Of a stretch of 64,000 nucleotides of DNA, positions 10,316 through 21,285 are shown one piece after another. Position numbers and translations under genes: made by a program. Under the pieces are notes generated by a model. That model saw nothing but the letters and a program-made list of their open reading frames with translations, was not told the origin of the DNA and searched no databases. This stretch comes from Candidatus Omnitrophota bacterium. Lineage in GTDB: Bacteria > Omnitrophota > Gorgyraeia > B26-G9. Numbering within the stretch: the stretch's first letter is position 1; each line of letters opens with the position of its first letter. The stretch is taken from positions 1,280-65,279 of the forward strand of contig JAHITE010000123.1 of the NCBI GenBank assembly GCA_018817585.1. Reading direction: 5' to 3'.

Positions 10316-11058
10316 GACTGCTCTCCTTTCATAATTTTAAAATTATAAGTTGAAATAAAAAAGTGATAATCAGAATTTAATATTATAGTAATATGATTAA
10401 ATAATAATATCGTAAAATTTTTAGCCATCTAACAAACTCCCTCCTTTCCCTTTTATTTTTATAGACAAAATAATAGCCAAACTGCTTAATTTTCGTCAGC
10501 CCGGCTGTCATAGCTTATAGTCGCGTTGTCGGTGCGCTCGGCGATCATTGCTTCAGCTTTAGACCCGTAGCTTTGCCCCAGCTTTACTAGCCAGGTCCCG
10601 CCGCATTTTGGCGGGAGTCCCCATCTTTCAATGAGTTTGCCTTTTCGGATTACTCCAAAAAACTAAACTTATGAAAAGTCTTTAATTGTAGACATAATAA
10701 TTAATATTTATAAAAGACTAATCATTTAGCATCTCAGAGCTTAATTTGCGGATACAAATAGACTTAGATTTAGAGGACTGTTTTTTTCGAGGATAATAAA
10801 TTCGTATTTGGATAAAAATAGGGTTACAAGTATAAATATTTTATTTTGTTCCCTCTACGAAACAATCCAGTCCCTCTTGACCATTGCCATACACAAATTG
10901 GCGCTCTTTTACTTCTAATTAAATATACCATGAATTCAAAACTTTTGCAAATTTAATAAAATTTATTAAAACTACTATTATTAGTACATTACTAATTATA
11001 ATTAAAAACTGTTTTAATAACTTTTTAAGCATTATTTTAGTTTAAAAAACACTGACAA

Positions 11059-12273
11059 TTAAACTTGCTCCTGCCTGATAAAACAATCCATTAACTCATA
11101 CCCATTAGCAAAAATAAACTGGCTTTTTTTCGCTTCAAATTCATTATAAAAGCCAATATCATCTTTTGCCACACCGCTGCCATACATTAATAAACACACT
11201 GGATCTGAAGTATGAGTTTTTAAGGCAACCGGCGTAGGATGATCCGGCAGAATTAAAAGCCGATAATCTTTTACATCTTTAAGCCCAGCCAAAACAGTTC
11301 CCAACACCAGCTTATCAAAACTCTCGATTGCCGAAATTTTTGCTCTGGCATCGCCATTATGTCCAGCTTCATCAGGCGCTTCCACATGAATAAACACAAA
11401 ATCGTCTTTTTCCAGCGCTTTTAGCGCATACCTGGCTTTTGCTTCATAATCAGTATCATAATATCCGGTTGCGCCAGGAACATTGATTGCTTCTAAACCA
11501 GCAGCACAGCCAATACCTTTAATCAAATCAACCGCGGAAATAACCGCTCCGGACAAACCATATTTTTCCTTAAATGAAGGCAAAATAACTTTTTTACCCT
11601 GGCCCCATAACCAGATCATATTAGCCGGGCTTTCATTTAAATCCCGCCGCACTTGATTAATTTCCTGCAAATCCAGAATATCTCTAGAGCGCAGCATAAT
11701 ATCATTAATAACTCCGGCTTTTTTCTTATCCAGCATATATTTTTCAATTTTCTGGCCCATAATGTCATGCGGCGGATAACACTTCACTTTACAAAGTTCA
11801 TGATTTAAATCTTTAACAATCATTAAATGCCGATAACTAACCCCTGGATAAAATACTATACCTTGTTTTTTAAAATTCTTATTCAACACTTTTATAAGAA
11901 CCTGAGCTTCCTTAGTCGTAATATGACCAGCACTATAATCAACCAAATAACCATTGCCTTCAGTTATAAAATTACAGCGGAAAGCCACTTCATCTTCTTT
12001 AAGCTCTATGCCCAAATGCGTTGCCTCCAGCGGCGCTCTTCCGGAAAAATACTTATTGGGATCATAGCCGAAAATTGCCAGATTAGCCACATCACTGCCC
12101 GGAATCATTCCTTCAGGAACAAAAGAAGCCTGTCCGATTTTACCATCTTTGGCCAGCATATCCATATTTGGCGTACGGGCAACTTCCAAGGGAGTTCGCC
12201 CTGCCAGATCATCCAAAGGATAATCCGCCATGCCATCCGGGACCATAACTATGTATTTCATTTTTTTCGACAT
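11059..12273 (-). CDS. archaeal-type cofactor-independent phosphoglycerate mutase family (ApgM-like); in this context a candidate non-orthologous homoserine kinase
   Basis: N-terminus MKYIVMVPDGMADYP...RTPNMD is typical of the ApgM metalloenzyme family; about 400 aa; last gene of the hom-thrC operon, and no thrB is present. Confidence 0.7.
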   Translation of the reverse strand: MSKKMKYIVMVPDGMADYPLDDLAGRTPLEVARTPNMDMLAKDGKIGQASFVPEGMIPGSDVANLAIFGYDPNKYFSGRAPLEATHLGIELKEDEVAFRCNFITEGNGYLVDYSAGHITTKEAQVLIKVLNKNFKKQGIVFYPGVSYRHLMIVKDLNHELCKVKCYPPHDIMGQKIEKYMLDKKKAGVINDIMLRSRDILDLQEINQVRRDLNESPANMIWLWGQGKKVILPSFKEKYGLSGAVISAVDLIKGIGCAAGLEAINVPGATGYYDTDYEAKARYALKALEKDDFVFIHVEAPDEAGHNGDARAKISAIESFDKLVLGTVLAGLKDVKDYRLLILPDHPTPVALKTHTSDPVCLLMYGSGVAKDDIGFYNEFEAKKSQFIFANGYELMDCFIRQEQV

Positions 12274-12295
12274 TTTAATTTAACCTGTTTTATTT

Positions 12296-13360
12296 TTAGT
12301 CTAGTTTAATTTTTTCTAAAATAGCCTCAACCACCGGCGAAACATACTCCGGCTCTTTTATGCTGGAAATCGCTTGGTCCGGATCTTTTAAACCATGTCC
12401 GGTTAAAACACAGACAATATTTACTTTCTTTTTATTTTTAAAATATCCGGCTTTAGCTAATTTTATAATTCCGGCAACTGAGGCTGCTGATGCCGGCTCG
12501 ACAAACACACCTTCAGCTTGAGCCAGGAGTTTATACGCTTGTAAAATTTCCTCATCAGTTACGGCATTAATCAAACCCTTTGACTCATCACGCGCGGCTT
12601 CCGCGCTTTTCCAGCTGGCTGGATTGCCGATTTTAATTGCCGTGGCAATGGTTTTAGGATCGCTAACAATAGCACCGTTAACAATCGGAGCCGAACCTGC
12701 TGCCTGAAAACCAAGCATTACCGGCAGGTCAACAATTTTATTAGATTGTTTATACTGATTAAACCCCTTCCAATAAGCCGTAATATTACCCGCGTTACCC
12801 ACAGGAATAGCCAAATAATCCGGCGCTTTACCTAAGGAATCACAGACTTCAAAAGCAGCGGTTTTTTGACCTTCAATCCGAAATGGGTTTAAAGAATTTA
12901 CCAATGTTACTGGATAATTATCAGTGATTTCTCTGACCAGTTCTAAAGCTAGATCAAAATTACCATCAATTGCTAAAACTTCAGCTCCGTGAATCAAGGC
13001 CTGCGCTAATTTACCCAGAGCAATCGCGCCATGGGGAATCAGAACAATGCATTTTAAACCCGCGCGCGCGCTGTAAGCTGCTGCCGAAGCAGAGGTATTA
13101 CCAGTGGAAGCACACATAACTGCTTTTGCCCCAGCTTGTTTAGCTTTGGAAATAGCCATGGTCATCCCTCTATCCTTAAATGAACCAGTAGGATTAAGTC
13201 CCTCATATTTTAAAAATACATTGGCATTTTCATTGATTAAAGCACTGATTTTTGGCGCGAAAATTAAAGGAGTATTTCCTTCGTTTAAAGAAACTACCGG
13301 AGTATTGGCATCAACTGGTAATAATTCCCGATACTCCTCAATCAAACCTTTCCAACCCAT
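12296..13360 (-). CDS. thrC: threonine synthase
   Basis: PLP-lysine motif [11 protein letters not shown]-terminus [12 protein letters not shown], about 350 aa. The start is probably [10 protein letters not shown] (13360) rather than the upstream ORF-track start that overlaps hom. Confidence 0.85.
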   Translation of the reverse strand: MGWKGLIEEYRELLPVDANTPVVSLNEGNTPLIFAPKISALINENANVFLKYEGLNPTGSFKDRGMTMAISKAKQAGAKAVMCASTGNTSASAAAYSARAGLKCIVLIPHGAIALGKLAQALIHGAEVLAIDGNFDLALELVREITDNYPVTLVNSLNPFRIEGQKTAAFEVCDSLGKAPDYLAIPVGNAGNITAYWKGFNQYKQSNKIVDLPVMLGFQAAGSAPIVNGAIVSDPKTIATAIKIGNPASWKSAEAARDESKGLINAVTDEEILQAYKLLAQAEGVFVEPASAASVAGIIKLAKAGYFKNKKKVNIVCVLTGHGLKDPDQAISSIKEPEYVSPVVEAILEKIKLD

Positions 13361-13364
13361 GTGT

Positions 13365-14660
13365 TTAAATCCTTTCCGTACGAATTGCCACACTTTTTCT
13401 TTTTATAACCGGCAAATTATTAATCTCAAGCAAAGCCTGCGCAATGTCTTTTTCCTTGGCATCATGCGTCATCATTACCACATGAACTGATTGCTCTTGT
13501 CTTCTGCCTTTTTGAATAACACTGTAAATACTAATATTGTTTTTACCTAAGATAGCCGCGATCTGCGATAAAACCGCTGGTTCATCCAAAGCGGAAAATC
13601 TAAAATAATAACGGGTTTCAATATTATCTATTAAATTAACTTTTAACTTTTCAGGATCAATATTAACCAGACAATTATCTTGCCTTAATGAACCCTGCAT
13701 TTTTTGAGCAATAGAAATAATGTCCGAAACAACCGCGCTGGCTGTTGGTAATTGGCCGGCTCCCGGACCATGCAGCATTTGTTCACCGACAAAATCACTG
13801 CGTAAAAGTATCGCGTTGGAAACGCCGTCAACATTAGCCAATATATGCTTTTTCGGTAAAAGCGTGGGATGAACTCTTAATTGCACTGAACCTTCTGATT
13901 TTTTAGCAATTGCCAATAACTTTATACAATAGCCCATTTCCGCGGCATAACGAATATCACATAAATCTATATTTTCAATACCCTCAACATAAACATCTTT
14001 AAAATCAACTTCATGCCCAAAACTCAGTCTGGCGAGAATTGCGATTTTATGCGCCGAATCACCACCATTAATATCCAGACTGGGATCACTTTCCGCGTAT
14101 CCTTTTTTTTGCGCTTCTCTTAAAGCGATTTTAAAATCACAGCCTTTTTGCGCCATCTGGGAAAGAATATAATTGCTCGTTCCATTAATGATTCCATAAA
14201 CAGTTTCTACGCGATCAGCCACCAGCCCTTCTCTTAAAGTGCGGATAATGGGAATCGCCCCGCCAACACTGGCTTCATAATAAACATCCACCCCATTTGC
14301 TTTTGCCGCTTCAAATATTTCCGCGCCTTCTTCAGCCAGCAAAGCTTTATTGGCCGTAACCACAAATTTTTTATTTTTAAGCGCTTGGAGGATAAACTCT
14401 TTTGCCGGATGAATTCCGCCGATCAGCTCAACAACTATCTGAATATTTTGATCATTAAGTATTTTCTGAACATCCGATGTAAGAATATTCCGGTCAATAT
14501 CAAGCCCGCGAGTTGATTCAATATCTAAATCACATATCCAGGCAAGACTGATATTTAATCCCAGTTTTTTTTCCAGGGTTTTAGCCTTCTGCTGGAGAAC
14601 TTTAACCACTCCGCTGCCGATTGTGCCAAAACCAATTAAACCAACATTAATTTTGTTCAT
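13365..14660 (-). CDS. hom: homoserine dehydrogenase with C-terminal ACT domain
   Basis: NAD-binding [13 protein letters not shown], homoserine dehydrogenase catalytic core, C-terminal ACT regulatory domain; about 430 aa. Confidence 0.85.
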   Translation of the reverse strand: MNKINVGLIGFGTIGSGVVKVLQQKAKTLEKKLGLNISLAWICDLDIESTRGLDIDRNILTSDVQKILNDQNIQIVVELIGGIHPAKEFILQALKNKKFVVTANKALLAEEGAEIFEAAKANGVDVYYEASVGGAIPIIRTLREGLVADRVETVYGIINGTSNYILSQMAQKGCDFKIALREAQKKGYAESDPSLDINGGDSAHKIAILARLSFGHEVDFKDVYVEGIENIDLCDIRYAAEMGYCIKLLAIAKKSEGSVQLRVHPTLLPKKHILANVDGVSNAILLRSDFVGEQMLHGPGAGQLPTASAVVSDIISIAQKMQGSLRQDNCLVNIDPEKLKVNLIDNIETRYYFRFSALDEPAVLSQIAAILGKNNISIYSVIQKGRRQEQSVHVVMMTHDAKEKDIAQALLEINNLPVIKRKSVAIRTERI

Positions 14661-15079
14661 TTTTTCTCTTTGTCTATTTTTGCCGACAAATGAATTTTAT
14701 TATCTTCACTGGCGCAGTTTTTAATTGTCTGTTCAAGAATCAACAAATCCTTATCATCAACTTTTATAAATTTAATCCCAATATCAAATAATAATTTTTT
14801 ATTTTTTTCCTGTTGCACATAAACAACTTCTGCCAAAACCTCTACCAAATGAGCAACCTTAGGTAAACGTAAAGTCACATGGAGAATTGTTCCCATCGGG
14901 AAATTATAATCAGTGGTAAAACAAATACCGCCTAAACTCACATTACGGGTAAGCGTCATATCAGTTTTATTAATTTCGCCAGGATAAACATAATAACTAA
15001 CTACGAAGTTAGTGTTTATCCTGATAAATTGGCGTCTTTCCTGAGGAGTATAGTAACCACGAGAATCAGATGTTTGCAT
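14657..15079 (-). CDS. PilZ-domain protein (c-di-GMP effector), first gene of the threonine operon
   Basis: PilZ motifs RRQFIR (RxxxR) and NVSLGG (D/NxSxGG); 4-nt overlap with hom. Confidence 0.6.
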   Translation of the reverse strand: MQTSDSRGYYTPQERRQFIRINTNFVVSYYVYPGEINKTDMTLTRNVSLGGICFTTDYNFPMGTILHVTLRLPKVAHLVEVLAEVVYVQQEKNKKLLFDIGIKFIKVDDKDLLILEQTIKNCASEDNKIHLSAKIDKEKK

Positions 15080-15132
15080 TTTTACCCCGAATTGGCTTTA
15101 AAGTTAACTACAAGAATAATCACCTGTTAAAA

Positions 15133-15210
15133 TGGTCGGGGCGAGTGGACTTGAACCACCGACCTCTTGAACCCCATTCAAGCGCGCTAGCCAAACTGCG
15201 CCACGCCCCG
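15133..15210 (-). tRNA. tRNA-Pro (anticodon GGG)
   Basis: The reverse complement folds as a cloverleaf: acceptor CGGGGCG/CGCCCCG, D-arm GCGC/GCGC, anticodon stem CTTGA/TCAAG with loop AUGGGGU (U33, GGG, G37), T-arm GGTGG-TTCAAGT-CCACT, encoded CCA. Confidence 0.85.
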
Positions 15211-15382
15211 TATTGAATCTAAAACTTTGGATAAACTATCCGCAGATTCAATAAAAATATTAAACACTTTATTTTTAATAAAGTCTAAATTTTATAAAAA
15301 CAATTTAATTTCTTAGATAGATTACTACAAAGCAAGCTAAATTGCAAGCAAAATATTCTTTTTTATCGTCGAAAAAACTGAG

Positions 15383-16372
15383 TTATATCTCATTTTTCTT
15401 CTGTCTTTGCATCAATAAACGCATTGCCGAAATCGGCGCTACCTCTTGATACAAAACTTTATAAACAGCCTGGGTAATCGGCAAGACAACATTATATTTT
15501 TTAGCAAGCTTAAGCGCGGTTTTTGTGGTAAGCGCTCCTTCGACAACCATTGAGGTATTTTTAAGGATATCTGCCATTTTTTTTCCGCTGCCAATTTGTT
15601 CGCCAAACCAACGATTGCGGCTTCTCAGACTAAAACAAGTAGTTACCAGATCACCCATTCCCGCCAGACCATTAAAAGTCTTATAGCAAGCTCCCATTGC
15701 CACTCCCAGCCTGGTAATTTCCGCAAGCCCCCGCGTAAGCAAAGCGGCTTTTGTATTCACGCCAAAACCAAGCCCATCAGAAATTCCGCAGGCAATAGCA
15801 ATTATATTTTTAAACGCGCCGGCCAGCTCAATGCCATGCAAATCACTGGCCGTATAAACTCTAAACTCTGGAGTCATAAAAACATCCTGAACCATGCTTG
15901 CCAATTTTTTATTAGTTGACGCGCAGACAGCGGCTGAAGGAATAGCTTTAGCAACTTCATACGCGATATTCGGCCCGGACAAAGCAGCTAAGCGAATATT
16001 GCCCAACTCTTCTTTTATCACAACCGACATACATTTAGCCGTCGCGGCTTCAATGCCTTTAGCCACAGTCAGGTATCCGACTTTTTTTAGCTTATATTCC
16101 GCTATTTTTCTCAATACTGGCCGCATAAATTGCGAAGGCACTGCTAAAACAATCAGATTTGCCTGATCAAGGACTTTTCCCAAATCATTTGTAATTAAAA
16201 TTTCTGAAGGGATTTTAATCCCGGGAAGAAATTTTTTATTTTCTTGTTTTTTTACTAATTGATTTACATTTTCCGGAAACGCGCCCCATAAAGCCGTGCT
16301 TATCCCTTTATTTTGCGTAAGCACGGCCAAAGCCGTACCCCATCCGCCATCGCCGATTACTGCTACTTTCAT
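15383..16372 (-). CDS. gpsA: NAD(P)H-dependent glycerol-3-phosphate dehydrogenase
   Basis: MKVAVIGDGGWGTALA Rossmann motif; about 330 aa; overlaps plsY. Confidence 0.9.
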   Translation of the reverse strand: MKVAVIGDGGWGTALAVLTQNKGISTALWGAFPENVNQLVKKQENKKFLPGIKIPSEILITNDLGKVLDQANLIVLAVPSQFMRPVLRKIAEYKLKKVGYLTVAKGIEAATAKCMSVVIKEELGNIRLAALSGPNIAYEVAKAIPSAAVCASTNKKLASMVQDVFMTPEFRVYTASDLHGIELAGAFKNIIAIACGISDGLGFGVNTKAALLTRGLAEITRLGVAMGACYKTFNGLAGMGDLVTTCFSLRSRNRWFGEQIGSGKKMADILKNTSMVVEGALTTKTALKLAKKYNVVLPITQAVYKVLYQEVAPISAMRLLMQRQKKNEI

Positions 16373-16986
16373 TTTTTTACAAATACCTTTCTTTCTCTGC
16401 CGGTCAGCAGCCTATTTATATTCGCCTTGTGCTTAGCGACAATTATCACGCATAAAATTGAAGCCAGAATCACATAAGCATAAGGCGCTTTTAATCCCAG
16501 CATAAAAAACGGAATTAATATACTACAGACAATCGAGCCTAAAGATACATATTGGGTTATACCCACAACCAATAAAAAAACCAGCATACCCATTAAAACA
16601 GCAACCGGACTCAAACAAAGCAAAACCCCGGCGCTGGTGGCAACCCCTTTGCCGCCTTTAAACTGCAAAAACACATTAAAAACATGCCCGCAAACAACAG
16701 CAAGACCTAGCAATGTTTTGATTATCGGCAAGAATATTTCCACTCGCTGATCAATAAAGTTAGCAATAAACACAACCGCAATCACGCCCTTTAAGATATC
16801 AAATCCTAAAACCAGCAAACCCGGAAGTTTTCCTAAAACCCGGGCGGCATTAGTTGCTCCGGTATTACCGCTGCCGCATTCTCGGATATCTTCGCCCTTG
16901 AGCATTTTAACCAAAATATAAGCGGAAGAAACTGTTCCCAATAAATACGCCACGACAATACCTAATAAAACCAGAAAAATATTCAT
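16369..16986 (-). CDS. plsY: glycerol-3-phosphate acyltransferase PlsY
   Basis: GSGNTGATNAAR motif; multi-TM; about 200 aa. Confidence 0.9.
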   Translation of the reverse strand: MNIFLVLLGIVVAYLLGTVSSAYILVKMLKGEDIRECGSGNTGATNAARVLGKLPGLLVLGFDILKGVIAVVFIANFIDQRVEIFLPIIKTLLGLAVVCGHVFNVFLQFKGGKGVATSAGVLLCLSPVAVLMGMLVFLLVVGITQYVSLGSIVCSILIPFFMLGLKAPYAYVILASILCVIIVAKHKANINRLLTGRERKVFVKK

Positions 16987-18305
16987 CAGGAAATTCCTTT
17001 CTTTCTGACAATAATTTTAATTGGCGTGCCTTGAAAATTATAACTGCTTCTTAGCCTGCTTTCAATAAACCGTAAAAAAGGCGGTTTTACTAATTGCGGC
17101 TTATTAACAATCATCGCGAATACCGGAGGATTTACCCGCAGTTGAGTAATGTACTGAATTTTTAAATGCGGACTTTTCCCATCGCGGCGCTGATGTTCAT
17201 GAATCTTGTCCAGGGTTTCCGCTAAATGATTTTGTTTAATTTTCTTTTGTGAATTATTCCAGGCCTCATGCGCTAAAGCCAAAGCCGCATGCACATTTTT
17301 TCCGTTTTTCGCGGAACATAATATGCTAAAAGCAAAATTCATATAAAATGCTTGCGCGCTCAAAGTATGCTGACACTCCGCGATATCAAGTTTAACTAAA
17401 TCACATTTATTAATCGCGATAACACAGCATTTATCCTCTTCCTTGATCAAGCTTAAAATATGCAGATCATCCCGGCGTAAGCCGATTTGCGCGTCAATTA
17501 AAACAATGCAGACATCCGCGCGCTTAATCGCCTGAATTGTTCGGGAGCGGGAAAATAGATCAATAGCTTCTTTCGGCATTTTTTTTCTTTTGATTCCCGC
17601 GGTATCAATCATTAAATAATCATGCCCATCGATACTAACCCGCGTATCCACCGCATCCCGGGTTGTCCCCGGTACATCGGAAACAATAACTCTTTCTTCG
17701 TTTATCAGCGTATTAAAAAAAGAAGACTTGCCCACATTCGGTTTACCGATCAACGCGACTTTTAAAGCAGACTCTTCAACTTCTTTTTTGCTATCTCCTG
17801 GTTTTAAATGCTCCACAACCACATCCAGCAATTCATCAATATTTAAACCATGCAGCGCTGAAACAAACAACATTGGTTCAATCCCCAGCTCATAAAAATC
17901 AGTCAGCTGCGCGATTTTCGACATATCATCCACTTTATTCACAACCATAATAATTTTCCGATTGGCTTTTCTTAAAAAATTTAATATTCCCCAGTCTTCG
18001 GGAGTTAAACCAGCGGTTGAATCAACAATAAATAAAATCAGGCCAGCCTGCTCAATTCCTTTTTGCGCCTGCTTAATAATCTGATCAGACATTTGCGTTT
18101 TGGCTTCAAAATGAATTCCTCCGGTATCGACTAATTGAAATTCTTTTTTCCCCCAAGTCACAGTAGCATAAACCCGATCCCGCGTCACGCCGCTGGTTGG
18201 TTCAACAATCGACTGCCTTTTTCCCACCAGCCGGTTAAATAAGCATGACTTGCCGACATTCGGCCGCCCGGATATTGCCACCAGCATTTCTTTATCTATA
18301 TTCAT
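16986..18305 (-). CDS. der: ribosome biogenesis GTPase Der (EngA)
   Basis: Two tandem GTPase domains (GRPNVGKSCLFN and GKPNVGKSSFFN) plus a KH-like C-terminus; about 440 aa. Confidence 0.9.
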   Translation of the reverse strand: MNIDKEMLVAISGRPNVGKSCLFNRLVGKRQSIVEPTSGVTRDRVYATVTWGKKEFQLVDTGGIHFEAKTQMSDQIIKQAQKGIEQAGLILFIVDSTAGLTPEDWGILNFLRKANRKIIMVVNKVDDMSKIAQLTDFYELGIEPMLFVSALHGLNIDELLDVVVEHLKPGDSKKEVEESALKVALIGKPNVGKSSFFNTLINEERVIVSDVPGTTRDAVDTRVSIDGHDYLMIDTAGIKRKKMPKEAIDLFSRSRTIQAIKRADVCIVLIDAQIGLRRDDLHILSLIKEEDKCCVIAINKCDLVKLDIAECQHTLSAQAFYMNFAFSILCSAKNGKNVHAALALAHEAWNNSQKKIKQNHLAETLDKIHEHQRRDGKSPHLKIQYITQLRVNPPVFAMIVNKPQLVKPPFLRFIESRLRSSYNFQGTPIKIIVRKKGIS

Positions 18306-18339
18306 CTTTATCCCTGCTCTCTAAAAATCGTCGCGCAAA

Positions 18340-18891
18340 CTATTTGCCTGCACTGAGTAATCTATTGCTTTTGTAAATATAATCAAGACCCGAAGCAACG
18401 GTAATAACCGCCGCGACATCCCATAATAAAAAAGAATATGAGAATTGCAAAAGGATGCCAATCACAGTTGCCATTTGCGAAAAAGTCGTTAATTTTCCCC
18501 AGATGCTCGGCTCAATTTTCAAGTTACTGGTAGTCAGATGAACCAGCAATGAACCTAAAGCTAAAATCACATCCCGGGATATAAATAAAATCAGTACCCA
18601 GATCGGAAGTCTGATCTTAAAAGAGATACTATTGGCAAAAGCCAGCACAATAAAACTTGCGCTAAGCAAAAGTTTATCCGCCAGGGGATCTAAAAAAGAA
18701 CCTAACTTGGTTTGCATATTTCTCGTTCTGGCAATATATCCATCCAAAACATCACTAATCCCGGCAGCCAGGAATATTCCCACAGCCAAAAAACGCAAAT
18801 AATCTTTTTGCGGTGAGCAGTAAATAATGCTCCCCACAAAAAACGGGATTAACAGCACCCTGAATATTGAGATCCAATTAGCTAGATTCAT
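18340..18891 (-). CDS. pgsA: CDP-diacylglycerol--glycerol-3-phosphate 3-phosphatidyltransferase
   Basis: CDP-alcohol phosphatidyltransferase motif DVLDGYIAR...G...DPLADK; about 180 aa; membrane protein. Confidence 0.8.
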   Translation of the reverse strand: MNLANWISIFRVLLIPFFVGSIIYCSPQKDYLRFLAVGIFLAAGISDVLDGYIARTRNMQTKLGSFLDPLADKLLLSASFIVLAFANSISFKIRLPIWVLILFISRDVILALGSLLVHLTTSNLKIEPSIWGKLTTFSQMATVIGILLQFSYSFLLWDVAAVITVASGLDYIYKSNRLLSAGK

Positions 18892-18935
18892 AATTTTATA
18901 TTTAAGTTAGCTTTAATTTATACTTTTTTGAAAAA

Positions 18936-19475
18936 TTATTCAATTATCCGCATGCGATACGGCGGCCAATATACAAGCATTGCTTTGCCAATCAGATTTT
19001 TTCGCGGGACAAAGCCCCAATAACGTGAATCACGGCTATTGGCGCTATTATCGCCTAAAGCAAACAAGGCATCATCTGGAATCTCGATTTTCTGACCACC
19101 CTCACCATAATCACCGCGATTATAATAATAATTTTTTCTCAGATTTTTATCATCAATTATATTGTCATTAATAAAAATCCTGCCGTTTTTAATTTCTAAA
19201 GATTCATTACTCAGCCCGATTAATCTTTTAATAAAAGCCAGCTTAGTATCCTCAGGATATTTAAACACAATCACCTCGCCCCGTTTGGGATCGCGGAATT
19301 TGTAAATAAATTTATTAACCAGAATCCTATCGCCTTCAATCAATGTCGGGCGCATAGAACCCGTGGGGATTTTAAAAGCCTGCACTACAAAAGTTCTGAT
19401 AATCATTGCCAGGACAAAAGCAATCAACAAAGATTCCGCGTATTCTTTAATCACTGCCTTAACTTTATTATCCAT
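18936..19475 (-). CDS. lepB: signal peptidase I
   Basis: Catalytic Ser box GSMRPTL and box E GDNSANSRDSRYWGFV; about 180 aa. Confidence 0.9.
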   Translation of the reverse strand: MDNKVKAVIKEYAESLLIAFVLAMIIRTFVVQAFKIPTGSMRPTLIEGDRILVNKFIYKFRDPKRGEVIVFKYPEDTKLAFIKRLIGLSNESLEIKNGRIFINDNIIDDKNLRKNYYYNRGDYGEGGQKIEIPDDALFALGDNSANSRDSRYWGFVPRKNLIGKAMLVYWPPYRMRIIE

Positions 19476-19488
19476 TTAATCATCCTTT

Positions 19489-21285
19489 TTAATCATTGAT
19501 TTGTAATATAGCCCGAAAAGCTTCTTGAGGAATCTGGACCTTACCGAATTGCTTCATTCGCTTACGCCCCATTTTCTGCTTTTCCAAAAGCTTTCTTTTT
19601 CTGGAAATATCTCCACCATAGCATTTTGCCGTAACATTTTTCCCCATGGCTTTTACATTTTCCCGGGCAATAACTTTAGCGCCGATCGCCGCCTGAATCG
19701 CTACTTCATACAGCTGCCGGGGAATAAGCTCTCTAAGTTTCGATACAATTTGCCGGCCTTTATATTGCGCGTTATCGCGAAACACGAGAAATGACAAAGC
19801 ATCACAGGCTTCTCCATTAATCAGAATATCCAGCTTAACCAGCCGGGTTGCCCGATACCCGATAAATTCATAATCAAGCGAACCATATCCCCTGGTAATT
19901 GATTTTAGTTTATCAAAAAAATCAACAATCACTTCCCCTAAAGGAAATTCATAAGTAAGCATCACTCTTTGTTCATCAAGAAATTCTTTATTAACGTAAA
20001 TTCCCCGCTTAGATTGAGATAAAGACATGACCACACCCAAACAATCTTCCGGGACAATCATAAATGCTTTAATATAAGGTTCTTCAATATCCTCAATTTG
20101 TGTTGGTTCCGGAAATTTAGCCGGATTATCGATTTCAATCAGATCGCCGTTTGTTTTTAAAACACGATATACTACGCTGGGAGCTGTAGCAATTAAGTTA
20201 ATTTCAAATTCGCGCTCCAGTCTTTCCTGAACAATATCCATGTGCAAGAGCCCTAAAAATCCGCAGCGAAAGCCAAAACCCAGAGAAGGACTGCTTTCCT
20301 GCTCAAAAATAAAACCATAGTCAGTTAATTTAAGCTTATGCAAAGCATCCCGCAGATTATCAAAATCAACACTGCTGACTGGATATAATCCACAGAAAAC
20401 CAAAGGATGAACTTTTTTAAATCCCGGCAAAGGTTTTTCCGCCGGGTTCTTAAAATCAGTAACTGTATCACCAATTAAAACTTCCGCCGGATCCTTGATA
20501 TTACAAACAATATAGCCTACTTCACCACAGGATAATCTATCCACTTTTTCTGGCTTAGGATTAAAAATTCCGGTTTCCAACACTTCATATCTTTTACCTG
20601 AATCCATAAAGCTGACATGCATCTTTGGCTCAATAATCCCATTAACCACCCGCAAATAAACCACAACTCCCTTATAATTATCAAAAACCGAGTCAAAGAT
20701 TAAACACTGTAAAGGATTATCTTCGCTGCCGCCGGGATGCGGGATATCCCGCACAATCCTTTCCAGGATTTCCACAGCCCCTTTTCCATCTTTAGCGCTT
20801 GCCAGCAAAGCCTCTTCTTCAATGCATAGCACATCATGAATTTGATGCGCTACCACGTCCGGCTGCGCGTGCGGCAGATCAATTTTATTAATCACGGGAA
20901 TTATTTTTAAATTCTGCTCAGTGGCCAAATAAAAATTAGCCACTGTCTGGGCCTGAATTCCCTGGGCCGCGTCCACCAGTAATAAAGCGCCTTCACAAGC
21001 CGAAAGCGATTTAGCAACTTCATAACTAAAATCAACATGGCCAGGAGTATCAATAAGATTTAATTGATATCTTTGCCCGTCCTTTGAATTAAAATATATT
21101 CTTACCGCCGAAGCTTTGATCGTTATTCCCCGCTCCCGCTCAAGCTCCATATCATCGAGCATTTGATCATGAAACCCCCGCTTTTCAATTGATTGGGTTA
21201 TCTCCATTAAACGATCAGCCAAAGTTGATTTGCCATGGTCAATATGAGCAATAATACAAAAATTTCTAATGTTTTTTCTTTTCAT
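19489..21285 (-). CDS. lepA: elongation factor 4 (LepA)
   Basis: GTPase G1 [12 protein letters not shown]-like domains, LepA C-terminal domain; about 600 aa; directly upstream of lepB. Confidence 0.95.
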   Translation of the reverse strand: MKRKNIRNFCIIAHIDHGKSTLADRLMEITQSIEKRGFHDQMLDDMELERERGITIKASAVRIYFNSKDGQRYQLNLIDTPGHVDFSYEVAKSLSACEGALLLVDAAQGIQAQTVANFYLATEQNLKIIPVINKIDLPHAQPDVVAHQIHDVLCIEEEALLASAKDGKGAVEILERIVRDIPHPGGSEDNPLQCLIFDSVFDNYKGVVVYLRVVNGIIEPKMHVSFMDSGKRYEVLETGIFNPKPEKVDRLSCGEVGYIVCNIKDPAEVLIGDTVTDFKNPAEKPLPGFKKVHPLVFCGLYPVSSVDFDNLRDALHKLKLTDYGFIFEQESSPSLGFGFRCGFLGLLHMDIVQERLEREFEINLIATAPSVVYRVLKTNGDLIEIDNPAKFPEPTQIEDIEEPYIKAFMIVPEDCLGVVMSLSQSKRGIYVNKEFLDEQRVMLTYEFPLGEVIVDFFDKLKSITRGYGSLDYEFIGYRATRLVKLDILINGEACDALSFLVFRDNAQYKGRQIVSKLRELIPRQLYEVAIQAAIGAKVIARENVKAMGKNVTAKCYGGDISRKRKLLEKQKMGRKRMKQFGKVQIPQEAFRAILQIND

